A stretch of DNA of 64,000 bases from Octopus vulgaris (Eukaryota): assembly GCA_951406725.2 (NCBI GenBank), contig OX597836.1:32364001-32428000 (forward strand). The letters are read 5' to 3'. A model generated the notes under the pieces. It saw nothing but the letters and a program-made list of their open reading frames with translations. It was not told the origin of the DNA and did no database searches. This document shows positions 11,665 through 23,105 of the stretch, one piece after another; within the stretch, counting starts at the first letter, position 1; each line of letters begins with the position of its first letter. Position numbers and translations under genes: made by a program.

Positions 11665-11878
11665 AGTTCTTGAGCAAGACATTTCATATCACATTGCCCT
11701 GCAATCACTTCGACATCTACTGCAGGGTACACTGTGCACCTGTTCAGGCGACGTCACTTTGATAGAAAAAGCAAGCCAATGCACAGCACAAATATTTGAT
11801 CACTATAAACAAATCCTTTCTGCAGGTCATTTGGCAAAAGCTGAACACACAAATGTTGTCCTCAAGAGGAGAGTGCAT
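11665..11878 (+). mobile_element. Family G SINE, 5'-truncated
   Basis: ttgagcaagacatttc...atttgatcactataaacaaatc...caaaagctgaac...aggagag. Homologous to 24835-25132 and 25865-26050. Confidence 0.7.
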
Positions 11879-11894
11879 CACACACACACACACA

Positions 11895-11937
<43 letters not shown>

Positions 11938-12640
11938 TAATCCATGGATAGAATTTATGAATATTTTAATGCATTACTGTGTGCGTTTCATAAATGGACT
12001 TCAAAGACATATATCTACTATAATAATTCACTTGTGTTTTTCTCTGTCACACAACATATGAATGAAAAAAGGAAGGGGTGATAGATGAATAAGGAAGGAA
12101 GGGGTGATGGCAAACTTGGTAGTGGGATGATGGGAGTTCTACGGTGAAAAAAAATCAGACATCATTTCAACTCCACGTGAGTATATGTGTGTGTATGTAT
12201 GTAAAAGTGAGTCATGTGAATGTGTGTGTGCAATAGAAGTAGGATAGTGAACATTCAATGCTGAAAAGAAAAATCAAACAGTGTTTCAACTTTGTGTGAG
12301 TATATGTGTGTGCAGGTACAGGGAAAGTATGTAAATGTTGGTATCTGTGATTATTATGTATCTTATTTATATGTAAAATACTACAATTAGCCATCATTTT
12401 TGACAGCACGGGACCAGCTACTATATATATATTCAAGGTGGTGCTCCAGTATGACCACAGTCCAGTGACTGAAACTAGTAATGGGATATATATATATATA
12501 TATATCATCATCATCATTGCTTTGGATGATATATATATATATATATATATAGTTGAAATTTACAGAAAAACAAAAGATGAAGACAGGTGTATAAACAACA
12601 AGCAGGTGTATTTGTTTGACACTTGGAAGGTGGGGAAAGT

Positions 12641-12676
12641 CTTTTACGTTTCGAGCCTATGCTCTTCAACAGAAAG
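12641..12676 (-). ncRNA. Minimal type-I hammerhead ribozyme-like motif (PLE-type, A6U core variant)
   Basis: CUUU-CUGUUGA-A-GAGC(auag)GCUC-GAAA-CG-UA-AAAG: stem I 4 bp, stem II 4 bp, palindromic ACGU stem III, GUA site. It lies within a (TA)n-flanked insert 12551-12730, and a second copy is at 56223-56258 (+). Confidence 0.6.
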
Positions 12677-13213
12677 GAACATGAGGAAATAAACAGAGAG
12701 AGAATAAAAATTACTATTGGAGTTAGCGGTCAATCATATATATATGTGTGTGTGTATGTATGATGGAATCTCCTGTTGAAGATGATGTATGAGTGTTTAG
12801 TAAGAAGACAATACCATTCAACAAGGAATCTTGTAAGAACAACAGAAACAGAAAAAAGGAGAGAAAAATCTGGTCTTACCAGAAAATAATACTGACACAC
12901 AAATAGACAATTAATCATACACCGATTCAATACAAAAATTGACACATAACACGAAACTTATTGATTATATACAATTAGGAATTTATTCAATTACTATTGG
13001 AATTACTATTATTTACGAATTGATTAAGACTGTTCATCATTTTTTCACTCTGTGGAGAAATAGCTTAATTTGCCATGTTTGCATGTGTAAGGATCCTCCT
13101 CCTCATCGTTTAACGTTTCCATGCTAGCATGGGTTGGATGATTTTGACTGAGGACTGGTGAACCAGATAGCTGCACCAGGCTCCAATCTGATCTGGCAGA
13201 GTTTCTACAGCTG

Positions 13214-13245
<32 letters not shown>

Positions 13246-13246
<1 letters not shown>

Positions 13247-13403
13247 TTTATTTAAAGCAGCAGATAATTCTATAAAACCTGTTACTCTGAGTTTCACGTT
13301 GCCGTTCATCGGACAGTTTTTGCTAGAAAAAACTGTCCAATGAACGGCAATGTGAAACTCAGAGTAACAGGTTTTGTAGAATTTTCTGCTGCTTTAAATA
13401 AAG
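13246..13403. repeat. ~76-bp-arm inverted repeat (tail-to-tail, PLE-like) within a (TA)n-flanked insert
   Basis: ctttatttaaagcagcag...ggacagttttt / aaaaactgtcc...ctgctgctttaaataaag with a ~5-nt loop. Confidence 0.9.
13274..13321 (-). ncRNA. Type-I minimal hammerhead ribozyme motif (U4C core variant)
   Basis: AAAAACUGU-CCGAUGA-ACG(GCAA)CGU-GAAA-CUC(A)GAG-UA-ACAGGUUUU. All three stems pair and the cleavage triplet is GUA. Confidence 0.7.
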
Positions 13404-13473
13404 CATATTACTCTACCACTGGTATTTAAGTACTCTTCTTTTCCACCTTGTTTCACATTTATGTGTTTACTCC

Positions 13474-13595
<122 letters not shown>

Positions 13596-13656
13596 TTATG
13601 TAAGTAAGTATGTAAGTACTTACTTGCTTGATTGCTTGCTTGCTTTATATGTGTGT

Positions 13657-13905
13657 GTGCAGGAGTGGCTGTGTGGTAAGAAGCTTGGGCAAGTATCTGC
13701 TATAGCCTCTAAAAGAAGACCGTCGTATTGATATATATGTGTGTCTGTGTTTGTCCCTCCACCATCACTTGACAATCAATGTTGGTGTGTTTACATCCCT
13801 GTAACTTTTGCAGTTCAGCAAAAGAGACCACTAGAATAAGAACTAGGTTTACAAAGAATATATCAACCTAAAGGTGGTGCTCCAGCATGGCCGCAGTCAA
13901 ATGTA
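13657..13905 (+). mobile_element. Family A SINE, internally deleted
   Basis: gcaggagtggctgtgtggtaag...ggtggtgctccagcatggccgcagtcaaatg. Confidence 0.8.
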
Positions 13906-14035
13906 CAAGAATATATGTATATATTTAGTGATGGTTTGTATGTATGTTTCCAGTTGGCTATGTGATACAAATGTTCAGTATCATTAAATTTTCAAACAGA
14001 CGAGATAAGCACCTCCACCCAGCAAAGGCAGCACT

Positions 14036-14086
14036 CAGAGACTAGTTTCAGAGTCATTACTCTACAGACTGATGAAGAGCAATGAC
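14036..14086. ncRNA. Hammerhead motif split across an inversion junction
   Basis: The + strand gives caga-CUGAUGA-agag-caatgac (14065-14086). The - strand gives agag-taatga-ctct-GAAA-cuag-UC-tctg (14063-14036). Confidence 0.55.
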
Positions 14087-14351
14087 ACACACACACACAC
14101 GCACATAAACACATGCGCACGCACACTCACACACACATGCATGCGCACACACACACATACACATGCACACATACACACAGAGAAATGCATGCACACACAC
14201 ACACATACATGCACACTCAAACATTTGCACACACACATGCATGCACAAACATGCGCACACACATACACATGCTCACACACACACACACACACACATAGAG
14301 AAATGCATGCATGCACACAGACACACATGTGCACACACGCACACAAATGCG

Positions 14352-14401
<50 letters not shown>

Positions 14402-14402
14402 A

Positions 14403-14568
14403 TATATGACAGGACTCTCAGTTTCTGACTACCAAATCCACTCAAAACTTTGGTCGGCCTGGGACTATAGCAGAAAGCACTTGACCAAGGTGCCATGCAG
14501 TGGAACTGAACATGAAACCATGAGGTTTGGCAACAAGCTTGTTTACCAAACTGCCGTGCCTGCACCTA
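14403..14568 (-). mobile_element. Family A SINE, 5' half, with an expanded (CA)n tract at 14086-14402
   Basis: tcagtttctgactaccaaatccactc...ccaaggtgccatgcagtggaactgaac. Confidence 0.8.
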
Positions 14569-15419
14569 TTTACACACACACATGCACACACATACATGAA
14601 GATTTTAAAATGTGATTTTAATTCTGATTCACGGGAAAGAATTGACACTGAAAGCAAAAACCATTTATAAATGTTATAATGACAGGGGGCTTGCTGTGAA
14701 GTTCACAGTGTGAAGTGAGGATAGAATATGAACCGTTAATCATTTATTCAGAAGCCTGATACTTCTGACTACTGTATGGATGAATCAAGTCAGCTGTGAC
14801 AGTTTCTGTGTTATCACTGATTTGAATCTATTGAAATATTGTGTCGTGTTTTCCATACTCTCTAATTAGCTCTAACCCTACTGAAACAGATCCATTGAAA
14901 AGGTTTATCTCAGTCATTATTTGCAATTCAGTCAATGCAGAGCGAGGATCAGAACTCTTTGGTGCGGGTGGCGTGGTGTATCTATGGGTATTTGTGATAT
15001 AATTATTGAGTGGAAGTGTTGAAAGTTGAACTGGGGAGCATTTTGCATCAATTAAATGCAGTCAGATGATTCTCTGTGTGAAATACAAACTTTGATTCAC
15101 AAAGCACTGCTTCTCAGATATTTTTAAGGCATGCACAGTGAATACACACAAACTTAAAAGTTGTCATTTAACCTCAGATCAGCCTTGATCAAGCAGTCAG
15201 ATCTATGATCAGGGAAGTTGCAGTGAGAATTATCTAACTGCTTTTAAACTTGCTTCCCATCTACATGGTTTCAGGTTCAGTCCCACTGTGTGGCATCTTG
15301 GGTAACTGTCTTCTACTATAGCCTCGGCATGACCAAAGCCTTGTGAGTGGATCTGGTACCCGGAAACTCAGTTTCCCTTTATATATTTATATGTGTATGT
15401 ATATATATATATATATATT

Positions 15420-15507
<88 letters not shown>

Positions 15508-15598
15508 TACATATATATCTATATATATATATGTATGCATATACATACATACACACACATATATACATAAATATACACACACACACACACACACACTC

Positions 15599-15629
<31 letters not shown>

Positions 15630-15812
15630 CATACATATACATACATACATACACACATATATATACATATATATATACATACATACATGTATATCATATA
15701 TTGTTGTATTTCGGAATGGTCATTTTGCCAGTTTAGCCAATACATATATATATATGCTAAACTTACTTGGAAATGGATGCCTGGGGTTCAATCATATAAT
15801 AATATAAATAAA

Positions 15813-15863
<51 letters not shown>

Positions 15864-16094
15864 TATATATATATATATATACATATATGTGCATACATAC
15901 ATATATATGTGTATATATATGTATATATGAGTACAGGATATCACAAGATGTAAGCAACATGAAATACGAAGATAAACTTGGGTATGTGAACGAGAGAAAT
16001 AAATGGAAAACAAGACAAGTAACATAAAGAACAACCCTTCATCAGTTATCGGCTGTCCATCTGCTCCTCATTTCATGTAATTAACGTCATTAAT

Positions 16095-16425
16095 TGCTCA
16101 GCAGAGCTGAGAAAAAACATCGCAGATGTGCATGCAGCTGTGAGGGGAAGTTGTGGAATCCCATCAGTGAGTTATCAGAGGATGTGCAGATTAGTTACAG
16201 TTCACTTCTGTCCATTATCACTGAAGATTTGGGTATGAGACCTGTGTCTACCAAGTTTCCTGCCAAAACTGCTTTCAGCTCACCAAGAATACACTCGGGT
16301 TTCAGTTGCACAAGATCTCCCTGATTGTATCGAGAATGATGAAAACTTTTTGAAAACTTTGCGTAGCCCTCTGAGCAGGTATCACTAAGCTTTTAGCAAA
16401 ATTTTAATGCAGATTCTCTGCACCT
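16095..16425. pseudogene. Mariner transposase relic with an internal inversion
   Basis: The + strand reads ISELSEDVQISYSSLLSIITEDLGMRPVSTKF(fs)PKLLSAHQ...VAQDL.DCIENDENFLKT. Immediately after it, the - strand (16425-16361) reads VQRICIK(fs)FC*KLSDTCSEGYA, the mariner N-terminus. Confidence 0.75.
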
Positions 16426-16429
16426 CTTC

Positions 16430-16481
<52 letters not shown>

Positions 16482-16491
16482 CATACATACA

Positions 16492-17692
16492 CAGGAGTTG
16501 AACAGAATAATGGAAACACCTAGCATCATAGCATCATAATTCTGAAATATCTAGAAAGCCGTCAAAAGCTTGTTTATATTTGTTTTTTGATTTATTATTA
16601 GTGTTGCTTAATATGTTTTGCTAAAATTGCTGTTTCTTTTAAAATATCGTCAGAAGATGGTAATTAAAATTCATTAAAATGACAGATCTATCAGACTTTC
16701 AAGGAGATCAAATTGTTGGTGCTCGTATGGCAGGTGCTAGCGTAATGAAAACAGCCTAAATGTTTGGTGTATCAAGAAGTACTGTCTCAAAAGTAATGAC
16801 AGCCTTTGAGAAAGAGGGAAAAACCTCCTCATTGAAACAAAACCCCAGAAGAAAACCAAAACTTTCAGATAGGGACCGTTAGACACTTACATGAATTATT
16901 AGAAAGGATCACAAAAGTACAGCTCCCAAAATTACTGCAAAGCTTAATGACCACCTCAAGAACCCAGTTTCCACAAAAACTTCACTGGGAGCTGCTCAAA
17001 GCTGAATTTCACAGGAGGGCTGCAATCAGAAAACCACTACTTTCAAACACAAACATTGCAAAGCATTTAGAGTGGATTAAAAATCTACAGAATTGGTCCC
17101 TAGTGCAGTGGAAGAATGTTATTTACTTGGACGAGTCACCTTATTTCCGACCACCGGCCGAGTATATGTGTGGAGACAACCAAAAGAAGCATTTGACCCA
17201 GAATGCTTTCTTCCAACTGTTAAACATGGAGAATGATCTGGAGGGTGGGGGCTATATCTTGGCAGAATTAATAGTCAAGACTGTTTAAGCATTTTATCTT
17301 ATCAAATTCATCCTATGGTTGCGGAACTGTTTCCAGAGGGAAACGCAATCTTTCAAGATGATAATGCACCAATTCACACAGCTAAACTTGTAACTGAATG
17401 GCACGAAGAAAATTCTAGTGAAGTTGAACATCTTTTCTGGCCTCCATAGCCCCCAGAACTCAATGTTATTGAACATTTATGGTGCAGTTTAGAAAAACAA
17501 GTAGGGAGTCGATATCCTCCACCATCATCACTACAAGAACTGGAGACTGTCTTAGCTGAAGGATGAACAAAAATTCCTTTGGAAACAATTAAAACTTTGT
17601 AAGTCCATACCTTATAGAATTCAGTCCTACACCCTATTAAAATAAATTTGTTTGAAATTTTAAGGTGTTTCCATTATTTTGTCCAACCCCTG
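16492..17692 (+). mobile_element. Tc1-superfamily DNA transposon, DD36E (Incomer-type), near full length, decayed
   Basis: 30-bp TIRs caggagttgaacagaataatggaaacacct / aggtgtttccattattttgtccaacccctg (27/30), with TA at the right end. Total length 1201 bp. Confidence 0.92.
16679..17623 (+). pseudogene. Tc1-type transposase pseudogene (stops and frameshifts)
   Basis: MTDLSDFQGDQIVGARMAGASV...GVSRSTVSKV...KPLLS...WKNVIYLDES...VYVWRQPKE...TVKHG...IFQDDNAPIH...WPP*PPELNVIEHLW. There are 36 codons between D (17360) and E (17471). Confidence 0.92.
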
Positions 17693-17710
17693 TATATACA
17701 TATATATATA

Positions 17711-18112
17711 TCATCATCATCGTTTAACATCTGTTTTCCACGCTAGCATGGGTTGGATGGTACAACCGGGGTCTGGGAAGCAATGAGGCTGCACCAGGCT
17801 CCAGTGTGATCTGAAAGTGTTTCTACAGTCGGATGCCCTTCCTAATGCCAACCACTCCATGAGTGTAGTGAGTGCTTTTTACATGCCACTGGCACAGGGG
17901 CCAGAGGAGGCTGGTAACAGCCATGATCAGTTGGTGCTTTTTATGTGCCACCATCACAGAAGCCAATCAAGGTGGTGCTGGCATTGGCCACATTAGAATG
18001 GTGCTTTTTACATACCACCGGCATGGGTATCACAACTACAATTTCCATTTGATTTTCATTTTGATGTTGATGTACTTGACTCAATAGGTCTCCTCAAGCA
18101 GAGCAGGTCGCC
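17711..18112 (-). mobile_element. Family C retroposon
   Basis: catcatcatcgtttaacatctg...ggatgcccttcctaatgccaaccactcc...gtgctttttacataccacc. Confidence 0.85.
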
Positions 18113-18203
18113 CTACCACCCAAGATACTTTTAAATGGGCTGGCGCTGGCTATGCGAAACTGGTGTAGGATACAGCTGTGAACTCACTATATGTATGTAT
18201 GTG

Positions 18204-18248
<45 letters not shown>

Positions 18249-18250
<2 letters not shown>

Positions 18251-18551
18251 AGGCGCAATTGCCCAGTGGTTAGGGAAGCGGACTCATAGGTCGTAGGATC
18301 GCAGTTTTGATTCCCAGACAGGGCGTTGTGAGTGTTTATTGAGAGAAAACACTTAAAGCTTCATGTGGCTCCAGCAGGGGGTGGTGGCGATCCCTCCTGT
18401 ACTCTTTCGCCACAACTTTCTCTCACTCTTTCTTCTGTTGGCCTGCTCGCTTAGCCAGTGGGGTGGCGTCATTTGAAGTCTAAAACAATGCGAAGCACAT
18501 TGTGACCAGCGATGTGTAGCAACATCTGATAGCCTAGTTGGTCACGGTGAT
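18249..18551 (+). mobile_element. Family D tRNA-derived SINE
   Basis: High identity to 11121-11422, with a tRNA-like A/B-box head. Confidence 0.9.
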
Positions 18552-18562
18552 CATGGTTATAT

Positions 18563-18608
<46 letters not shown>

Positions 18609-19230
18609 GATTTAATCTTGTCTGGCATTCATACTCTGTGTAAGTTTGATATAGTGATATATAAAAATCTATATTTAAATATTCATTGTCTGAAAATCTT
18701 CAGTCTTTACTTTCTTTCTGTTTTCATTTATACATATACAGATGTGTTGTATATCAAACCCAAGCTGTTATATTTAATTTGTTTCTCCACTTAATAGCAT
18801 CTCTCCATCTCACTTTCTCTCTCTATATATATGTGTGTGTGTATGTGTGTGTGTGTTTGTGTGTGTGTATGTGGGGGGTGTATGTATGTATATATATGTG
18901 TGTGTGTGTACAACCAATAAAATGTCAAGAAGTATGAGAGATGAATATATTTATTTAACTGGTTGACATCCTTAGGCTTATGGACATTTCACAGCCTTCT
19001 TCATAATCTCAGTGAGGAATAATCTCAGTGAGGAATATATAATTATGTTTAGGTGTCTGCATTAATATGCATGCTATGCATTATACAATATATATGCATA
19101 TCCACAAATCAATGCCAATAAAGAAAGCCACCTCATCAGATCACCAGAACATCATGGTCACACCAACGACTCAGCTCTATTAGAGGATAGCCACACAATT
19201 CTCTGAATCCATGTCTTATGCTAAAAATAT

Positions 19231-19478
19231 ATCATCATCATTATCATCATCACCATCATCATCATTTACCACTTGTTCTCCATGCTGGCATGGGTTAGAT
19301 GGTTTTACTGGAGCTGGTATTTTGGCTCGGTTTCTATGGCTGGATACTCTTCCTAACACCAACCACTCTGCATAGTGTACTGGGTGCCCTTAACATGTCA
19401 CCAGCACTGAGCACAACTATAATTTCACTAAGCTTCATGTGTTTTCTCAAGCACACACACACAGACACACACACACTT

Positions 19479-19517
<39 letters not shown>

Positions 19518-19805
19518 TATTATATATGAAATCATCATCATCATCATCATTTAACGTCCATTGTCCATGCTGTCATGGGTCGGACGGTTTGACCAGAGCT
19601 GACAAGCTGGGGAGCTGCACCAGGTTCCAGTCTGATTTGGCATTGTTTCTACTGCTTGATGCCCTTCCTAGGGCCAACCACTTTACAGAGTGTTTTGGGT
19701 GCTTTCACATAGCACTGCACAGGTGTTTTGATGTGGTGCTGCATAGGCTCCTTTACATGACACCTCATGGGTGCTTTTACGTGTTGCCACATGGACGCTT
19801 TTACA
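19231..19805 (-). mobile_element. Two tandem Family C copies
   Basis: (CAT)n tails at ~19231-19265 and ~19531-19550, each followed by ccatgctg.catggg... Confidence 0.75.
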
Positions 19806-20187
19806 TATTATATATGTATATACATATATAATATGTATGGCAGATTCATTTTTGTGCTGATACCTGAAAAATTCATAACAACCCAGTATCGTGAAATAAT
19901 GATAATGATACAATGTGTACTGGGTGCTTGTTCCATGGTGCCACTTGCACTAATGTGGTCACTTTGTAGCTTGCAATTCTACAAACCTGCTCAGTTTCTA
20001 TCTACCAAATCCATTCACAAGGCTTTGGTTGTCCCAGGGCTATAGTGAGAGACACTTGCCCAAAGGGGGCTGCACAGTTAAACTGAACTTAAAACCTTAT
20101 AGTTAGGAACCAACAGAATTAAGACCCATACAGGCCCTAAGCACTTAAAAGATTTTGGTGCCCCCATATATGTGTAATTCAAAATAT

Positions 20188-20526
20188 TCTGAGACCCCCT
20201 TCGGTCATGACTGACTGTGGGATTGCGCCTAGAAAGTTACCTTCCCAGGCACAAGTCAGGGCAAGGTTGTTTATGGAAGCCCAGCAGTTGCTCATGCATA
20301 CCGGCCTCCCCTCTTCACACCACCAGTGTTATCCAAGGGAAAGGCAACGGCCAATACAGTTTGGCACCTGTGACATCGCAACTCATATCTACAGCTGAGT
20401 GAACTGGAGCAACGTGAAATAAAGTGTCTTGCTCAAGAACACAACATGCAGCCTGGTCCAGGATTCGAACTCATAACCTTACAATTGTAAGCTCAACACT
20501 CTAACCACTGAGCCATTCGCCTTCAC
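20188..20526 (-). mobile_element. Family E tRNA-derived SINE, full length with TSD
   Basis: Perfect 12-bp TSD aattcaaaatat (20176-20187, 20527-20538). Head gtgaaggcgaatggctcagtggttagag...gttcgaatcc. Homologous to 30553-31003 and 44400-44720. Confidence 0.92.
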
Positions 20527-21356
20527 AATTCAAAATATAAAACAATAATAAATCATAAAATAAATTTTTCAAAATGAAATAAAACTAACAGTAAATGGAA
20601 AATAATGTTTATTTTTGTATGCTTCCACTTTATTTATATTTGAAAAGTTTTCACCTACTTTTTTTTAATTGCAAAATCTTTGACTAGATCTTCACTATGA
20701 CACTATGAATTCTCTTTTAATTTATATTTAGGAATATATAAAGTATTGCAAATTTTATTTTAGCAAGTTTAAAGTGATTTCTTTTGTGCTGTAAACCATT
20801 TACCAATTCTGTGATGTTCCCTTCTCTTGATGCCTAAGCCCTGTGCTTATTTTGCTTAATGGTTAATCAATCACGGGGTGTTAGTCAGTTTTGTGAATTA
20901 CCTGGACATCAATGAAGGATAAGAGGGAGCACAATGGTAACATGTAGTTGATGCAGGGCTGGATAAAGACCCATCGAGGCCCTAAGCACTTAAAAGATTT
21001 TGATGCCCCCATATTATATGTAATTCAAAATATAAACAATCATAAACCATAAAATAATTTTTTATTTCTCAAAATAAAACAAAACTTACTGTAAGATGGA
21101 AAATAGGGTTTATTTTTGTATATTCCCACTTTATTTACATTTCAAAAGTTTTCTACTATTTTTTTAAGCTGCAAAGTCTTTGACCAGATCCTCACTATGA
21201 CATTATGAACACTTTGAAATTATGTTATTGATCATATAAAGCATTGCAAATATTATTTTAGCAAGTTGAATGTGATTTCTATTGTGCTGTAAACGTTTAT
21301 CATTTCTGTGGTGTCATCCTTTTACCTTGTTGCTTGATCCCCTAAGCAAATGCTTA

Positions 21357-22205
21357 CCATAAAAACCCATGTAATTTACACATTTTTTTTTTGCAAAAAT
21401 AAAAATTAACTTTAGTGGGTGTGTAAATTACGTGTGTAGATTTTTTCCAGAATTTAAAACAAAATTTTTCTGTTGAAAAAAATACATACAAAGCATAAAC
21501 ATTCATATCGGAAGTTGGCTCATTTAATGTCAGAATAGGTTTTTACAGAAAAAATAATGGCTTAAATACGCATAATGACGTTGGCTTTTATTTATGCTGG
21601 ATGGTATAATGCTTACCTTTTCTGTATAAATTTATTAAAACCATTAAATGGTTAACTACTTTTTGAAGTCTGACATTCATGCTGGTAATCATGGTCCAGG
21701 CTATATTTTACATATTTTTATTTGGTTGAGTAAAGTGTCATCCAAGCTGATGTTTATTGGTAGTTAATTTTAATTTGCAGCACCTGTGCATATTTATCAG
21801 CTTTGTTTTTGTTGATAATTCTTATCAGTAACTTTTCCTGTGATTGTGATTTGAGAAGACATACAGAAGTATGCTAAAGATCAGAATAATCTTTTGTGGG
21901 CAAGAAATGTAAAATAAAGTTTATTATAAACAACACAAACACTTTGTAATTTAATAGCTGTCAATGTGATACCTGTTAAACAGAAATTATTTTTATTTTA
22001 TGAAAATCTAATAAAATCTAACCATAAGTATGTGACATTATGCTAAATGCAACTAAATTGAAAACTTTTTCCCCTGGCCATATCGGCAATTCTGAAAACT
22101 TTTGGGTGCAAATTTTACATAGGTAGAAGTGTTTTTAAACAAATTTTATCTAAAAAATCACCTGCATAAATTACACAGGTGTGAAAATTACATGGGTTTC
22201 TACGG
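21357..22205 (-). mobile_element. Non-autonomous pogo/Tc2-like element
   Basis: TIRs ccataaaaacccatgtaatttacac / gtgaaaattacatgggtttctacgg with a TA TSD that splits the host MITE end (tgctTA|TAttttatttaatgg). Reverse-complement homologue of 27962-29213. Confidence 0.85.
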
Positions 22206-22360
22206 TATTTTATTTAATGGTTAATCTAGCATTGGGAACCAAGTTTCTGAAACCATACAGCTACACCTGACCTTAACTAAAAAAAATAAATATGTACTGA
22301 GCATGAAATAATGCCTCCATTAGTCAAAACAAAAAACAAATTCCATTTGTGGTACTAGCA

Positions 22361-22727
22361 TTGACTCTGAATGAGTCAAGAACATGAAATGGCTGTGATT
22401 GAAGTCAATTATCTGGAACATTCTAACATTTATTGTCAGTTGTTCAGCCATAAAAATAACTCTTGTCAAACAACTTAGATTATAACTAATAAATGTTTAG
22501 ATTTTGTACTGTGATAAATGTTTCTCAATGAAATACATACTATCATCATCATCATCATCATTTATTTATTTGTTTATTTATTTATTATTTTGGAAACAGA
22601 ATTTTCCTTTTAGCTGTCATTATTAAAGTTCTCTCTCTTTTCTTTTCTTCGCTTTAACTTTGTAATATCAGTTTTAATGACGACTAGTCAACCTTGTTAA
22701 ATATATTCACAGCCACATACCAGCCAC

Positions 22728-22773
<46 letters not shown>

Positions 22774-23006
22774 CACAACTACTGATGATGCTGCTATCAC
22801 CATCACCACCACCACAATCACCACCACCATCACCATCACCACCACCACAAGCAATATTCCCTTGTCTTTATTGTTGTTGTTGTTGGTCTTTTGTTTCTTC
22901 TCTTCTTCCACCAGCACTACAACCACAATCACCATTACAAACACTACTATTGCTACTGCTACTACTACTACTACAACAACTACTACTACTACAACAACAA
23001 TTACTA

Positions 23007-23105
<99 letters not shown>

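Larger units (their letters stand above)
20114..22234 (+). mobile_element. Composite of two direct hAT-like (Tip100-type termini) MITE copies (20114-20876, 20954-22234) inserted in a Family A SINE
   Basis: Termini are of the cagggc(c/t)ggat.aagacc... / ...ttaatc.agca.tg type. The 8-bp direct repeat ggaaccaa occurs at 20106-20113 and 22235-22242. The host SINE A (-) runs 19990-20113 and resumes at 22235-22270. Confidence 0.75.

Noticed and set aside
18249-18325. tRNA-like sequences (also the heads at 11350-11422, 20450-20526, 44400-44465 and 63350-63410)
   Set aside because: A and B boxes are present, but each continues into a multi-copy SINE body and lacks a clean cloverleaf. They are SINE heads, not tRNA genes.
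22354-22379. Helitron 3' end (hairpin followed by CTAG on the minus strand) explaining the duplication
   Set aside because: The hairpin-to-CTAG spacing is only 2 nt, and copy 2 has no CTRR after the hairpin.
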